Position numbers and translations under genes: made by a program. A stretch of DNA of 62,004 bases, the filler included, from Hausera hauseri (taxonomy: Eukaryota): the NCBI GenBank assembly GCA_046269625.1. It is 11 parts of 11 records of this genome, joined end to end, with 100 filler letters (N's around TTAATTAATTAA, not from the genome) between each part and the next. Parts side by side here need not be neighbours in the genome. Positions count along the whole stretch, not along the records: positions 24,657 to 29,291 come from JBJURY010495019.1; positions 29,392 to 33,869 come from JBJURY010561340.1; positions 33,970 to 38,862 come from JBJURY010401146.1; 8 more parts are not named here. One strand, written 5' to 3'. How positions within the stretch are numbered: the first letter of the stretch is position 1; the number at the start of each line of letters is the position of its first letter. This document shows positions 24,790-38,962 of the stretch, in pieces. The notes under the pieces are model-generated. The model did no database searches, was not told the origin of the DNA, and was given only the letters and a program-made list of their open reading frames with translations.

Positions 24790-27700
24790 CCGTGGGCCAA
24801 TGTGGGCACCACAACACCATACCCCTATTGTCGCCGCCACATTACAACCGCCTATGATACCACCCAATGCAGAAATAGTAGCGCTGAATAACCAAATAAA
24901 CTCTCTCCGGGCTGAAAACACGGCAATACACCAAGCCATTTCTGCTTTAACGTCTAAACTGGACAATTTTTCCATGCCGCGACGAGGTCGATTCACACCC
25001 AATAATAGCCGTGCTTCATCGAACAAATCGAGATCCGCTGGGTCCCCTACTCGACCTATGGTGTGCTATTATCACATTAAATTTAAGAAGCAATCCAACA
25101 AATGTTGCTTGGGGTGTAAATTCTTTACACCAGCCTTCCAAAAATCCGACATCGTTTGTGTTTACCATAATAGGTTCAGCAATAAAGCCCGAAACTGCAC
25201 CAACGGTTGCACGTTTTCGAGTCGACTTAACCAATTCCATCGTAAGTCTCCCGACTCCCCAAATCCTACTATCCAAAAAAACTGACAAAGCCGCCAGATG
25301 TTTCTGCACATACTGGCACAGGCAAACGTCTTCAATCTAATAGCCATACTTATGCCGTTTTTACACTAAAAGCTTATTTAACTTCCGAATCCAATCAGTC
25401 AATCAATTTCCTCATTGACTCTGGGACAGCTGTTTCTTTATTACCACTATCCATCAGAACACTATCTATCTCACCGTCTAACACCAAACTGTACACAGCA
25501 AACGGCCAAGCTCTACGCATTTTTGGCAAATCCAAAGTTTCATTCACGTTACCACCAATCTCCGACATTTTCAATTGGACATTTATCGTTGTCGACACAA
25601 TCTCCAATACTTGGATCTGATTTCTTATCTTTTTACAACCTCCTTGTAGATTGTAGACAACGTCGGATCATTAAGAGCAGTTAAACAAAACCTACCCCTA
25701 CAAATAACCAACAAAGCACGCAACCTATCTCGCCTATAAAATCAATATTAAGAAAACCATCAGCCGACGCAAATAAAAACGTCATTAATACCAATATAAA
25801 TAATTCAACATTTCTGTTGCAGTCCGGTAATAGAGGAACTAAACGCGTTTACAAGGACAATCTAGGCGTCTTGGTTTCTAGCGTTTCTCACACTACGTCC
25901 AATCAAACCTTTACTACGCTTAGCCAAGAAATGCAACAATATTTAGTCAAATCTTGTTTCCATACAATTAAAAAAGACCCAGCATTTCGACCGGCTAACA
26001 TGACGCTTTATCACATCATCACAGAAAACCTTAGGCCCGTTAGGCAGAAACTCCGCCCACTTTCACCACGCCGTCGACAGGCAGTCCAAACGGAATTCTC
26101 TGCACTCGAGCAAGCTGGAATAATAAAACGCTCGAAGTCACCTTGGGCATCACCACTCCACGTCGTCCCAAAAAAATATGGCACATTCTGTCCCTGCGGT
26201 GACTATCGACAACTTAATAATGTCAAAACCATGGATGCTTATCCTCTACCGTTGATTAAGAATATATTGCATTCTTTTCACAAGACTACGATTTATTCAA
26301 CCATAGATCTCGAAAAAGCCTACCTCCAAATACTGGTAGCACCAGAAGACATCCGAAAAACGGCCATTATAACACCTTTTTGTCTTTTTGAATACGCATT
26401 CATGCCGTTCGGTTTAAAAAACGCAGCATAAACATTTCAACGGCACATTGATTCAGTCCTTTCTGGTTTGCCATTTGTATATCCGTGCATTGATGATACA
26501 GCAGTTTCATCGGCATCGCTCAAACAACACGAAGAATATCTCAGGCTAGTTTTTCGCCTCTTACACAACTACAATTTGCAAGTAAGCTTTTCTAAATGTT
26601 CCTTCTTTCACAAAAAAGTCAATTTTCTTGGCCACGTCATCACACCTGACAGTCACAGTCTGCAGCCTGATAGAATCCATCAGCTAGAAACATCGAGCTA
26701 CCGAAAACCACTACTGGTATGCGTAGTTTCCTTGGGACTTTACATTTTGTACATAAATACGTCTCACACTGTGGCCAGTTAACTGCTCCATTCGCTCAAC
26801 TAGGAGCAGGGCCCAAGGAAAAGCTCATATGTTGGACACAGGAACTTATTAACCAGTTTTGTGAACTTCGCGAGAAGCTCAAAACAGTCGAAATTTTAGC
26901 CTACCAAAAACCTGATGCTGACCTCATTCTAACAACCGACGCATCAACTACAGCAGTAGGATCGGTTCTTCATTAAATATCTCAAGGTACAAATGAACCG
27001 TTAGAATTTCTTTCGCGCAAGCTGCAGCCTAGCGAATTCCTCTATTCTACCTTCGATAGAGAGCTCTTGGCTATTGTTTTAGCTCTGAAACATTTTTCAC
27101 ACTTTTTTATCGCTCGTTCCTTTACCATTCAAACTGACCACAAACCTCTTGTTCACGTAATGAACATGAAACAACAATCACTGCGACAAGAACGCCATAT
27201 CTCATATCTGTCAACATTCAACTTCTAAATTTGCCATATTTCTGGCACAGACAATTTAATAGCTGATTTCCTACCACGGTCAGTTGGAGCAATTAGCGTA
27301 ACACCAATTTTCTCAAAGGACCAGTTAATCCAAAATCCACCTTCCAATGAAATTCTGAAACAATACAAGTCCGTGAAAATCATCGATGGAATAGCCATAG
27401 ATACTTCGACACTTGGACAACATTTGCCAATTTTGGCACCTCCTGTCCAACAAACTGCATTTCAGCATGTTCATTCTTTGCATCACCCAGGTTCCAAGGC
27501 TACATTCCGCCTCCTCAAACATCATATAACATGGCCATCAATGAGATCTGACGTACAGAGCTGGATTAGGCAATGCGTAGCTTGACAAAAGTTCAAAGCA
27601 GCTAAATATCTTAAACCACAATTATTCCATTTCCCATGTACATCTCGCTTTGACTCAGTTTACATAGATATCGTTGGCCCATTACCTTCCGATAACGGCC

Positions 27701-28900
27701 ACCAATTCATCTTAACAATGATGGACCACGCGCCTCGTTGGTTGAAATCCGTCCCTTTGTGCTCCATCAGTATGGACTCCATTGTCTACGCATTTATACG
27801 GATTTGGATTAGCCGCTTCGGTTCATCTCATTATATAATTATAGATCAAGTTCCCCAATTTGAATCGAACCTATTCAAGTCTTTAGTTAATCGACTGGGG
27901 ATAAATCACATTCACACAAGTCCATATCACCCCAAGTCGAACGGCTTACTAGAACGTTTTCATCGCACTCTCAAGATCTCATTAAAATACTGGCCAAAAC
28001 TTATAAGAATTGGAAAAACATCCTCCCTTTTGTTTTATTCGGGTGGCGCAATATGCCATATACTACCACCGGTTGCGCACCGACTGAAGCACTTTTTGGT
28101 ACCACAATTTGCGCACTTTTTGAACTCACCGATTTGGACAACACATCAACTGAAGAAACAATTATGTCTGCACAAAATCACTTTGTTCAGCTAAGCCAGG
28201 ATTTTTTCTGCAAAATAGTACATGGTGACAATTCATACTTACCTGATTCTCTATTTAATGCAAAGTTTGTGTGGATAAAACACCCTTCACTTTCCGGATT
28301 CCAACCAAACTACTTAGGACCATATAAAGTTCTCAATCTAACTTTTCACACGGTTACAATACTAAAAAACGACAAAAAACAAAATGTGCACATATCTAAC
28401 GTAAAACCTGCATTTTTCAGTAATGACACACCGGTTCCAACAACCTACTGTGCACATACCTTCCTTGACTCCTTCAACCCTTCTTCTGTTCTACCTCCAC
28501 GACAACCTGCTATTCCAAAACCTGAATCAATACAAAAAAATTACGTTAAACGAAATACCGAATAGTTCTCAAGCTTTTGACACGTCAAATCAAAATTAAA
28601 CTTCCTACCAATTAACTCAGTAAAGAACAAACAACAGGATAAAAAACACAAGACAGTCACCTTCAGCAAATACAGCAGAGAACAAAATATCGACAAAATT
28701 CAACGTCTTATCCATACAAAGACTCATGAGTTCGCTTACACCTGTCTGCCTTGTTTTCTTACTCCCGTTACATTAACACAGTGTTATCTTCGGAACGGTG
28801 GTAGTGTGATGCCGTGGACTCGGGAGCCACCACAGCCTAAGTGCACCGAATTCTGCAATAAACAATGATATCGATTCTCTTCAATATACGTTTTAACAGT
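24790..28900 (+). mobile_element. CsRn1-like Ty3/Gypsy element, decayed
   Basis: Gag with tandem CHCC motifs, FLIDSGT, SPWASPLHVVPKK, TTDAS, IDIVGPLP, YHPKSNGLLERFH and YLGPYKV. PPT-like GGTGGTAGTG then TGATG near 28807. Confidence 0.92.
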
Positions 28901-29449
28901 AATGTCTGCCTTAAATCTGGATTCAGAAATCGACTCGGTACCAGTTGCTGCGGGTCAACAACAGATAAAAGCTCGACTTATGTATCCAGAAATGGGGTAA
29001 TAAATGATGAAATTTCAATGCCTATTCAAATCCGGTGCAGGAAATTTACTCTTCAGTCACATTTTCTGCCGGTGTCTATTTTCTTCAACCAAATAATTAC
29101 AAAAATCAAACTTTTTATTGTAAAAATATGCAGTCGTTATTTCAACCTCCAATCAAGACAATTTCTAATCTCTCCCACGGTCTTTCAACAAATGTTAAGT
29201 CAAATCGCGGGCCCGGATCTGTTCATGGTGGATCAGGGAATTCGGCTAGCGGAAGTAGTAGCAACGTTGCTCGCAATATGAATATTCCAGTNNNNNNNNN
29301 NNNNNNNNNNNNNNNNNNNNNNNNNNNNNNNNNNNTTAATTAATTAANNNNNNNNNNNNNNNNNNNNNNNNNNNNNNNNNNNNNNNNNNNNCTGACAACA
29401 TAGCCCAGTTACGTGCCGATGTCTAGGAAAATTATGTGGACACTAACTC

Positions 29450-29980
29450 CACATTTGCCTAGACGCCTGCTTAGGGGTGTAAATGGACTTTACTTACTTT
29501 ACTTACTACTCCACAACTACATCGAGCATGAGAATGGAAATAGAGGCGGTGAAAGCGGCTCTCAGCTGGTTGTTGACGCAGTCCTCAACACACGCAATGA
29601 TACTAATAGATTCCCAAAGCATGCTGCGCAAGATTGAAAGGCGTCTGTTGAGAAAGGAATGGGTCACTCTGCTGTATGACTCAGGTGTACACAACATTTA
29701 GTGGGTCTACTGCCCGGCACACGCAGGAGTCAGGGGTAACGAAAGAGCTGACAATCTGGCAGGAAATGCGGCTATAGACGGCACTGTGATGAGAAGGGAC
29801 AAAGCTGAGTTCATCAGGGCAGTCACAGAAACACTGCAGGGGGAAGAATTTGAACACGGAGGAGAGAATACACATATATAAAGAATGACAGAAATAGGAG
29901 TGTCATGGGGAGATGGGAGAAAGTGTATTCAGACTGGAAAGATAGAAGATCACGAAATCAAGTTTTGACTGGGACTTTGA
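29450..29980 (+). pseudogene. LINE-type RNase H domain fragment
   Basis: SSMRMEIEAVKAAL, ILIDSQS and WVYCPAHAGVRGNERADNLA. Confidence 0.8.
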
Positions 29981-31284
29981 GTGTGTTTACTCTCCGGTGA
30001 CTGTTGGAGCGAAGAGCGGAGCATTTATGGGAATGTCCCCTGTGTTGTGATGCTGGTTCTTAATAAATCAAGACAACGAGGACGTGGGCAGAGGATCTTG
30101 GCTGACTATGATTCATCAGCCCTGGCACTGTGTATCAGAGTCGGATATGGGTCGCCACACACAGCACCTCCGTCCCCAAAACTACTATTACTACTACCAA
30201 AGTTACTACAATCACTATTAATAAGCTGTTATAATAGTAATATGGCCTTAAGTTTTGGACAGAAATACAATAGCACCAACTTTGAAGACTGGTGTGTCGT
30301 TTGTAATCGTATATTTGCTGATGTTGCTTTCCATTTGGCCACTATAGAGCTGATTGTATTTAAAAGCTGTGTGCCATTTTCATTTACGTTTATCCCAGCG
30401 TCAAAACGATGCCTTACCTGCGTTTTTTTTTTTTTGTTTCCTTTTAATCTGCTCTTTCATTGCAATTGTTATTGTTTTAAAAAGGATATAAATGGATGGG
30501 TATAAAGAACAGAGACAATATGTCCTATCCATGCGTGCCATACCAGCTGACTAGCTAGTATAAACGACGGGGCATGTAGATGTCATGGTCAACATCAGGA
30601 ACAATGGGAGATGAAAGTGGATAAGAGCAATTGTGCAACAAGTGCAAACCAACATGGTCAGGCATAAAAACTAATATTGCATAACAAGGAGGAAACTAGT
30701 AAGCTTCAGAACCAAAACTGGGATGTATTCAAGACCATGGACGTCATATGACGTTATCTTTGCCATGCACTGTATCATAAGGATGTGACATCACGTTTTG
30801 GTTTTTTTTTTTTTTAACACACTTAAATGTTAGCGGTTGTTTATTCAGAGTAAAAAATGATTCAAAACATACAATCCAATACTGTTTAACGTACTTTCGA
30901 CTTAAAACACTGACGGGAAGTTAAGGCCACATAACTCTGGTGCTCAGTGTTTTACAGTATACTACTGGCGGGAAGATGGCCAAGGGAGCTTCACAAAAAT
31001 TTTATTGCCCTTTTTGTAATTCAGACGGTTTGAAAAGCAGACAATGTTTGCTACGATCCTGCTGAACAGTTTCTATCATGACTACATCTACACATGTTTG
31101 ATTTGTGACTGTGACTCCTCCTATGTGACTCCAGTGTACGTGACTCCAGTCAAAGTATCAAGAAGCTAAATTTACTTGTTTCAGTTCAGCATCCTCGTAC
31201 ATGCGTCCTCTGGCATGCAGATTCTCGAATAATCACGCACGAAATGTTGTAATGCCTCAACGTAGGTGTATATTAATGTGCACA

Positions 31285-32325
31285 ATGCCTTGTTTGCAGA
31301 CGACCTAGTTGTATGGGCAGAATGAATATCACCACTCCAACTTCAGAAGAACTAACTTGTTCTCTAGCTGCACTAACAACCTTTTGCAGTCTCTAGAAAT
31401 TAGTTAGTTAGTCGCTACGATCGCGGCTTCATAGCAAAAGGTCGCCCCATAATTGCGAAGCCACCCGCGCCGATAGCAGTCACACAGAAAATAGTTCACT
31501 GTCCCTCACGAAATACATTACTATTCCAATCAGAAGTCTCGGTAAACACTACATCGGGAAGCTGCACACAGCTCACGGCTTTAAGGCGACTAATAATTAA
31601 TTAGTATTTTAATTCAAGCAAAACAGCGTACAATTTTTTTCATCCTCAGCAATCGGATAACCGGGAGAAAATGTACAACTAAAATTAGATGGCAAAATCT
31701 TGGCAAAAGAAAACAACCCTAATTATCTAGGAGTTCAGCTTGACACTAAACTTACTTGCAGAGTACATGTTGACACATTGGTAGCAAAGGCCTCAAAAAG
31801 ACTAAATGTTATAAAACGACCGGTAAGCACCAACTGGGGAGCCAATCGGCATACACTACGACAACTATACTTGGGATATGTACGCTCTGTCATGTAGCTT
31901 GCTACTGCAATCTACTGCCAGTCAGACACAGAGGAACAAGTTAGACCGCATCCAAAACCAAGCACTCTGGTTAATTTACAGAAGACTGCAATCTACTCTA
32001 ATAAGTCTGCCAATGTGGAACCCTTGAACTGATGGGAGGAAGGGCAATTATGACAACAGCAGAAATATTTCAGAGAAAAAACAAAAACGATCTTGCAAGA
32101 AGATTGTAACTAACTACGAACCCAGGAGATATAAAAAGATATAAAGAGCTACCAGAAAAGCATTACCTACCAGAGACAAGAATGTCAACAATACCTGTAC
32201 CTAATTTTCCATCTCACATAGAACTGAGAACACCAACAATACGAATAAATCTCCTATGTCCAGCAGATAAGAGCCTCCTGTCTACATTGCTAAAATAGCT
32301 CACACTGGGAACCATCTACCATTCA
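31285..32325 (+). mobile_element. Non-LTR retrotransposon (I/Nimb-like) RT fragment
   Basis: LFADDLVVW, NYLGVQLDTKL, NWGANRHTLRQLYLGYVRSVM and LDRIQNQAL. Confidence 0.85.
31404..31600. mobile_element. About 200-bp insertion interrupting the LINE RT frame
   Basis: The RT peptide resumes on either side. AATTAGT occurs on both flanks, and the ends TTAGTCGC...GCGACTAA are inverted. Confidence 0.5.
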
Positions 32326-33105
32326 TCATCATTATAAGGTGACAGGCTGTGAAGCGTAGGTCGTCATGTATCTCCATCTTACGCGATTCCTGGTGCCTCC
32401 AATCATCTCTGCTGTTGAGTTACTTCCAAGCCATTCACAACCATCCAAACACTTCATTCGCTGTCGTCCACTACTTCCATCTCCTGTTTTTTTCACTGTG
32501 GTGACCAAGTTCTCCAGACCTTCTCTTCTCAAAAATGGGCATTCAAAGATGCCTGTCTCTTTCTGATCTTACTGATAAGCGTTCTTTCTGCTTCTGGTAA
32601 AACCTCATTTGTTCTCTTTGCCGTCCAAGGGATTTTCAACATTCTTCTCAGAAACCACATCTGCATTGCCTTTAAAGAATTTTTCAGTTTCTTACTCAAT
32701 ATCCAAGTTTCGCAGCCATATATTAGTATGGGTGCGATATAACACTGCAGGACTCTGTTTCTCAACTTTAATGACAGATCTGTAGTACATAATATGCTTT
32801 ACAGTTTCTGGAATGCTGCTTTTGCCTGTGCGGTTCTACTTTTGATTTCCGTGTCACATCTGGCATCTGATGTTATAAGAGTTCAAGGTATTTGAATTTT
32901 TGCCCTTGTTTTACTTGTGTGGCTTTTATCTTTACATTGCACAGCGGTGGCTCTTTCTTCATAGAGACTGTCATCGTTACTTTTTTTTTTTAGTGTTTAA
33001 GGTGAGTCCATTCTTTTGACTTTCAGTTGTCACCGTGTTCAGCATCTCACGTAAATCCCCTTCGTTCGTTGCTATTAGCACATGTCATCTGCATAGCGTA
33101 AGTTC
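32325..33105 (-). mobile_element. RTE-clade LINE, 3' fragment
   Basis: LRYADD, FKYL, ILIYGCETW, MWFLRRMLKIPW and GLENLV..GR. Short (TGA)n-like tail near 32325. Confidence 0.88.
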
Positions 33106-34740
33106 AAAATAAGTAAATACAGCTTTTATATAAGTCAGAGTAATATTTATAACAGAATTTGGAAATGTCCTTTATATTGTCTGTAATAACTCCATCTATG
33201 TTTAGTTGAACATAGACTGAATTGAATTTTGCTTGTGATTTCTCAAGCTTAAAGAAGGAAGCAGACATTTGCTCTCCTTGCTCTAGCCATTTTTGTCGAG
33301 ATCTTATAAAGGCCCCTTCTGCTTTAGTTTTATAAATGTCGTCTAGTTTATTCTAAAGATCAGTTAATTTTAAAAGATCTTGTTCATTTTAGCTATCTGG
33401 AGGCAAGCTAGTGAGAGTTGAATTTTCATATATGACTTCCTCTTCTAATTTGCGTTTAGATTTTGCATAGAGACTACCATATCTTCTTAGATATTTAGAA
33501 TTTTCAAATTTGAGGAAAATTAACGACAAACTAAGCTAACTCAGATTTGAAATAAAACTAATAATTAGTCAGCTATTGGTGGCTTTAACTTGATGAGGGC
33601 TAAACAGGAAGAGGCCCAGAGAGCTGGGAGACAACAAGCAGCAAAAGGTCAAAGGTCAGTACTTGAACCAAGGCCAGATGTGAAATCCTCTGAACATGTT
33701 GCAAACCAGTTCAGCTACTCTGTGCCCTTATTGTTTATTGACCTGAAATAAGGAAAACAGAACCAGACTGAACGATAGTAAGTTAAATATTTGTTCACAA
33801 CTGTTCCTGGATTCATCTGCTTTTGTCCACTTTTTATAACGTTGCAAAGATCTGGAAGTTCATTTTTAANNNNNNNNNNNNNNNNNNNNNNNNNNNNNNN
33901 NNNNNNNNNNNNNTTAATTAATTAANNNNNNNNNNNNNNNNNNNNNNNNNNNNNNNNNNNNNNNNNNNNGGGGTTGAGATTTGAACCTATCACTTCCAAG
34001 CAGCACATGAAAGCACGAGTCATTCCGCCAAACACTCACCATCCAAATACCAATAAAATGTAATCGGTATACAATCTTTACGTAAGGTTTGGCATGAATC
34101 GGCCATTAATTACAGTCTTTATTGGCAATTGAACAAAACAAGTGTTATATTTTAAACAGATGTGAATTTTGCACGCAAGCCCTGAATAACTTCTGTCCTT
34201 ATGCAAACCCAATATCAATAATACGTTCTATCTACATGCTCCATTAAAAAAAAAGGCTGGTGAGTGGTATTATGTGACGAGACAGATACGATTATAAAAT
34301 CCAATAACAACAGGCGAAACGGCGAGTTAGAGAGTCAGAAGAGGACGGCGACAGAAACATGTTTAATGGTACATGGCAAGGACAAATCAACAACAGGTTT
34401 AATACAGAGTGGAAGAGATAAAGAGATGATCGCCAACGCCACTCGGCAGTGCACTTAATAATGATGATGATAAGACGGGAGTTAATTCTGTTTCCCTTTT
34501 ATTCTACTAAATGTCTTTGTTTCGAATACAAAAAACCCTGTATTTTATTTCTTCCTTTTCTGTTACTTAGTGTTAGTGTTCCTTGGCTGTACGCTGCGTC
34601 TTGCTCTGCCCAACATTTTCTGTAGCGTTCTCTAATGTGTATCTTAGTTGACCCTTCATCGTGTATCATTGACTTTGTCTCTCTAACCATGCTATGAATA
34701 CCATGTCGCGATTACTATTTGTTTTCATGGGCTTCTTATG

Positions 34741-36240
34741 TCAGTGTAATTTACAAGAACTATTTACACATCTAATTAGAGCATTTCGCAAACTTTCCAC
34801 ACAACTGCATCTGGAATTCTTTTCATTATCCAGTCTACCAAGCCACATTGGAGCCCACTGATAAGCAATAAATTTGTTTAAAGATAAAAGACTTTCATCA
34901 TCATATTCCAGTACTAATTCCTCCATCGGCGAATATATGGCTTTACTGTTCCATCTTGCAGAAGAAACTTTACATGCTTGCGTGGAATTTTATGTATCTC
35001 CTTTCTACAGTCTCCTTCAATGTTCTTAGTAAGTTTTAGTAGGTAACAATAATCATCACGTCGGTGTACATTACTTGGAAGATCCTGAAAATATCGACTG
35101 GTGATCTTTCTGTTTCATAATATTTATTTCAGTAATGGCTCCATTTTTCTTGCAAAATTGTAACGAAATTATAGGGAATATGTGGACTCGTTGTTTCTGT
35201 AAACCCCCACAAATGCTGCATTTCGTGCTTTGGAATCAGATCTAGTACATTAAGTCTACGCGGTGCATACGTAATATTTGGGAACTGTTTTGTTATTGCT
35301 GCAAATATTCCGTTTTTGAGCCAGTATTTGTAAGTTCCGTGTCAGAAACAATTCTATCGATGTCCCGTGTGCTAGTAACGAATATCAGAAATTGCGCAAT
35401 AGTAGCTGCTTACTTATTTGGAAGTTCTTCAAATTTCATTAGTTTGTTATCTACGCCAACGCATATCATCTCTCATTTCTGACCGTAAAGATTTTTATGT
35501 TGATTTATGTGAAAATACAAGTTGTGGTGACATCACCAGAAACGTGCTCAGATGCATTTCGTGAGGCTCGTGATAAGGTACCCGTGGATGGTGGTATAGG
35601 AATACTACGTACATAGGGGAAATTTTCTCTATAGAACTGCATAGCAGCAATTGTTCGTGATATTGAAAGGTTAGCTCGTTTACTTAGTAATTCTGCAAAA
35701 TTAACATCACTAATAACATTAAGCCTGATAGATGGATCGAAAGTTGAATTTACTGAATTGTCATAATTATCCGAACAGGACTCTTCTACCACATCGATAT
35801 TTTCTTGAGACGTTTATTACACTTCATTTCTCCTTGATCGCTTAGAAGGATGAATGTAATAAGGGATTTTCTTTGAAGTGCGGTAACCATCAAGATTTTG
35901 CTTTTGATTTATGTAGTATTGTTTATTTTGATTTGTTTTCCAGATCGACTGTTTTTAGGAATGCAATGAAACAAGTTATTATTTTCTATTAGTTGACACC
36001 GTTACAGTTTATTGTAAATGATTGAACAGGAACGTCTTGCTTTTTTCATGTTGACTCTATTTCTTTTGCTAACTTTGCTAAAAAGGTTGATTTAGGCCTT
36101 ACCATATTTTGTACTTGCAATGTTAGTCGCCTTTGAAGCACATCCCAGTTTGATGGCAATTTTTTCAAATCTAATAAATTGCCTACTGGTTTCAATAATC
36201 GACTTGATTTTCTACAATTTCGTCTTTGTGGCATGTCTAT
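34741..36240 (-). pseudogene. Decayed DDE DNA transposase, possibly hAT-like
   Basis: IVSDTELTNTG, a degenerate CxxH region (LRMHRVD) and SARWNSKAIY in the expected order. Superfamily uncertain. Confidence 0.45.
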
Positions 36241-36439
36241 ATCTGTTGAACGAACTGTAATAATCAATTAATACAACTTTTATTATAAAATACAAAAAGA
36301 AACATTATCGATGAATCATATTTCACAAGCATACTGTTTTTGCTGTGAAAACAATGTGAAAAATTATGAACTTTTCTGAGCTTTCTATCAAAACCGTTAT
36401 TACCATAAAAACGGAGTAAAGTTCATTCGAAAGCAACTG

Positions 36440-37403
36440 AAAGTAGTTGAAAATCCGAACATGAAACACAACATGATACGCCTTCTTCTGGTACCATTCC
36501 AACAGCTTTAAGCTCATTCAACCAGTCGAAACTGCTTCCAGAAACAAATATAAGTACTTCTACTATTTGCCACCGCTGCATCAATGATTTTAACCTTCGC
36601 AGTTTGAAGCCAGTAGCATAACCTCTATTATTTGAGAAGAACAAGGAAATCTGATTAAAGTTTTGCTGCACATACCGCATTTGGACTGTAGCTTAATGGG
36701 GCGAAGTGACGTTCAGCGATGAATCCATAATTCGCAGTTTGCCCCGTACAATCCGTACGTTCGTAGACCTAATCAACTTTACAATTACCGATGCATCAAA
36801 CCCAGTAAAACACTCATTGTCATTAATGGCGTGGGGATAAATCACCAAGCAATGACGAGTTGCCATAACCATAATTTCAGTTGGAAAAGCTGTAAACGCA
36901 CAACGCTAGCTCGAAATTGTCCGGTAGAACGTGCCCTTATGGATGAATTCGCACGGCTGCACGTTTTTCCAACATGATGGCGCACCGTGTCATCAAGCAC
37001 GGTGCGTCAAACAGTTCTTCGTGAAAGCAGGCATCAAAATACTGCCTCCATGTCCGGGATCAAGTCCTGACTTGAACCCCATCGAAAATTGTTGGACGAT
37101 AGTCAAGAACAATGTTTCGAAACTGAATATCACGTCTATAGTTGACTTTCGCAAGAAAATTCTTATTACTTGGGCAGAATTTGTAACTCCAGATTATTGT
37201 GCCAAGGTAGTTGAATCCATGCCTCGTCGAATAGAAGCGATTATTGCGGCCAAGGGCCATCACTCAAAGTACTAGTATATATTTGAATATTTATTTAATC
37301 TTTGTATATGATGCGTGCGTAACAAAGATATATGCGCATGTTTTATTATATGTCCGAAATGGAAAATTTTACGGGTTGTCTCGGAATTATGCACAGCACT
37401 GTA
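36440..37403 (+). mobile_element. Tc1/mariner transposon, decayed, with 3' end
   Basis: WGEVTFSDES, FFQHDGAPCH, SPDLNPIENCW and SMPRRIEAIIAAKG. Ends ...GCACAGCACTG-TA. No matching 5' TIR found. Confidence 0.9.
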
Positions 37404-37862
37404 TTTTACTAATGATGGTTAATCCATCGAAATATATTTATAAATGACGTTATTTAACATTAGGAATATTATTGACTTTGTTTAAGTTTTATAAGATGTT
37501 ATGAGTGCTGCATTCATCGAATACCAAAGTGTCTGAACAATAATGGACACTTCATGGAATTTTAAGTTTCATCAATTGCCCGATTATTTGTAAGATGCAT
37601 TTTGGTTTTACGACAGTTAATCATACGATATTTAATCACAGACAATTAACCACGTCGACAGTTTGTCATGGGCGTGACGAAATTGTAGTTATAATTTATT
37701 TTGAGACGGACTTGTAATTACTTTATAAAGTTGATCAAAAATGATATCATTTAGTAACATTTACTGAGCAATTCAAGCCATATATTGACGTCAATTGTGC
37801 ATAAGTTCGTGAACTGATAATGTCTTTCAATTCCTATTAAAATACTATTTATTTTTTTGTTT

Positions 37863-38579
37863 CTATATATTGGTGTATGCCTTATTTAGAAGTTCTTTTT
37901 CGAAGAAATAAGTGATTGAGACAATAAGACAAACTGCGGGATAAGACGGTGAATATTTATTAGTACTCAAGTTGCACTCATTCACGCTGCCACTTGATTC
38001 CTCTGCGGAAGAATGGAAACATTCCATTTGGTACGAGTTGTATCGGAAAACAGTGGTGTTTCTTTCCCGCGGGTCGTGCCTCCTGATAGGTTGCCCTTTG
38101 GTATTCGGGACTATTTGGCTCTCTGGAGGGCTGACTGTCTCGAATAGTTGATCCACGGCTGTCATTAAGCGCATGCGGACAGTTATATATCGGGACGAAT
38201 CGGAACAACACCGTTTCTCGCTCTCGGCGGAGAACCGGTGCAGACGCTTCATCGGCAACGCATGTATGTCGTGAGATGGTAGGTTTGCGAGGTGTTTCAC
38301 AAACTTACTTCTCTGGAGGAGTTCTCGCGCGATTGGGAAATCCGAATATGATCGACCGAGAACTGGGGTTTGGTCGTCTTGTGACAAAAAAGTTGTCTTT
38401 TTGATGGCCTGTGTGGAGTGCTCCTTGTGAACAGTTCCCACACTGGTGCCAGAATCCCAGATCTCGATTTCGTCATGCGTTGGCCAGAGTACCTTCGGAA
38501 TCCGGTACCCCGCAACCAGCTTGCTTTTTTTCTCTACGAGACGAAGCTGTAGTTGGGCCGCATCTTTCTGCTGGTTCAA
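37863..38579 (-). CDS. Hypothetical protein, unassigned
   Basis: A 238-codon open frame in a locally GC-richer block. No recognisable motif. Confidence 0.3.
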   Translation of the reverse strand: MNQQKDAAQLQLRLVEKKSKLVAGYRIPKVLWPTHDEIEIWDSGTSVGTVHKEHSTQAIKKTTFLSQDDQTPVLGRSYSDFPIARELLQRSKFVKHLANLPSHDIHALPMKRLHRFSAESEKRCCSDSSRYITVRMRLMTAVDQLFETVSPPESQIVPNTKGQPIRRHDPRERNTTVFRYNSYQMECFHSSAEESSGSVNECNLSTNKYSPSYPAVCLIVSITYFFEKELLNKAYTNI

Positions 38580-38962
38580 TATCTCGTGTGCACGAGACTT
38601 CGACTTCTTGATGTCTTCCTCGGAGGTTGAGGCATTTAGAGCCTGTCTTGTTGTACCTCAGTTACACGGGGTTCTCTTTTCGCCGTCACGGTCTAAGTCC
38701 ACGGAATCGCTTTCTTTATCCATGCCAACCAAGCCTCGATAGAAGTGGAGCAAATCGGGGCACTACAATAGATTCAGGCTCCCAAAATATCGTTATGTAT
38801 AATACTAGTAGTGAATCAAACAATATAGACGGATCAGGAAGAAAGGGACACGGAGATATGTTNNNNNNNNNNNNNNNNNNNNNNNNNNNNNNNNNNNNNN
38901 NNNNNNTTAATTAATTAANNNNNNNNNNNNNNNNNNNNNNNNNNNNNNNNNNNNNNNNNNNN

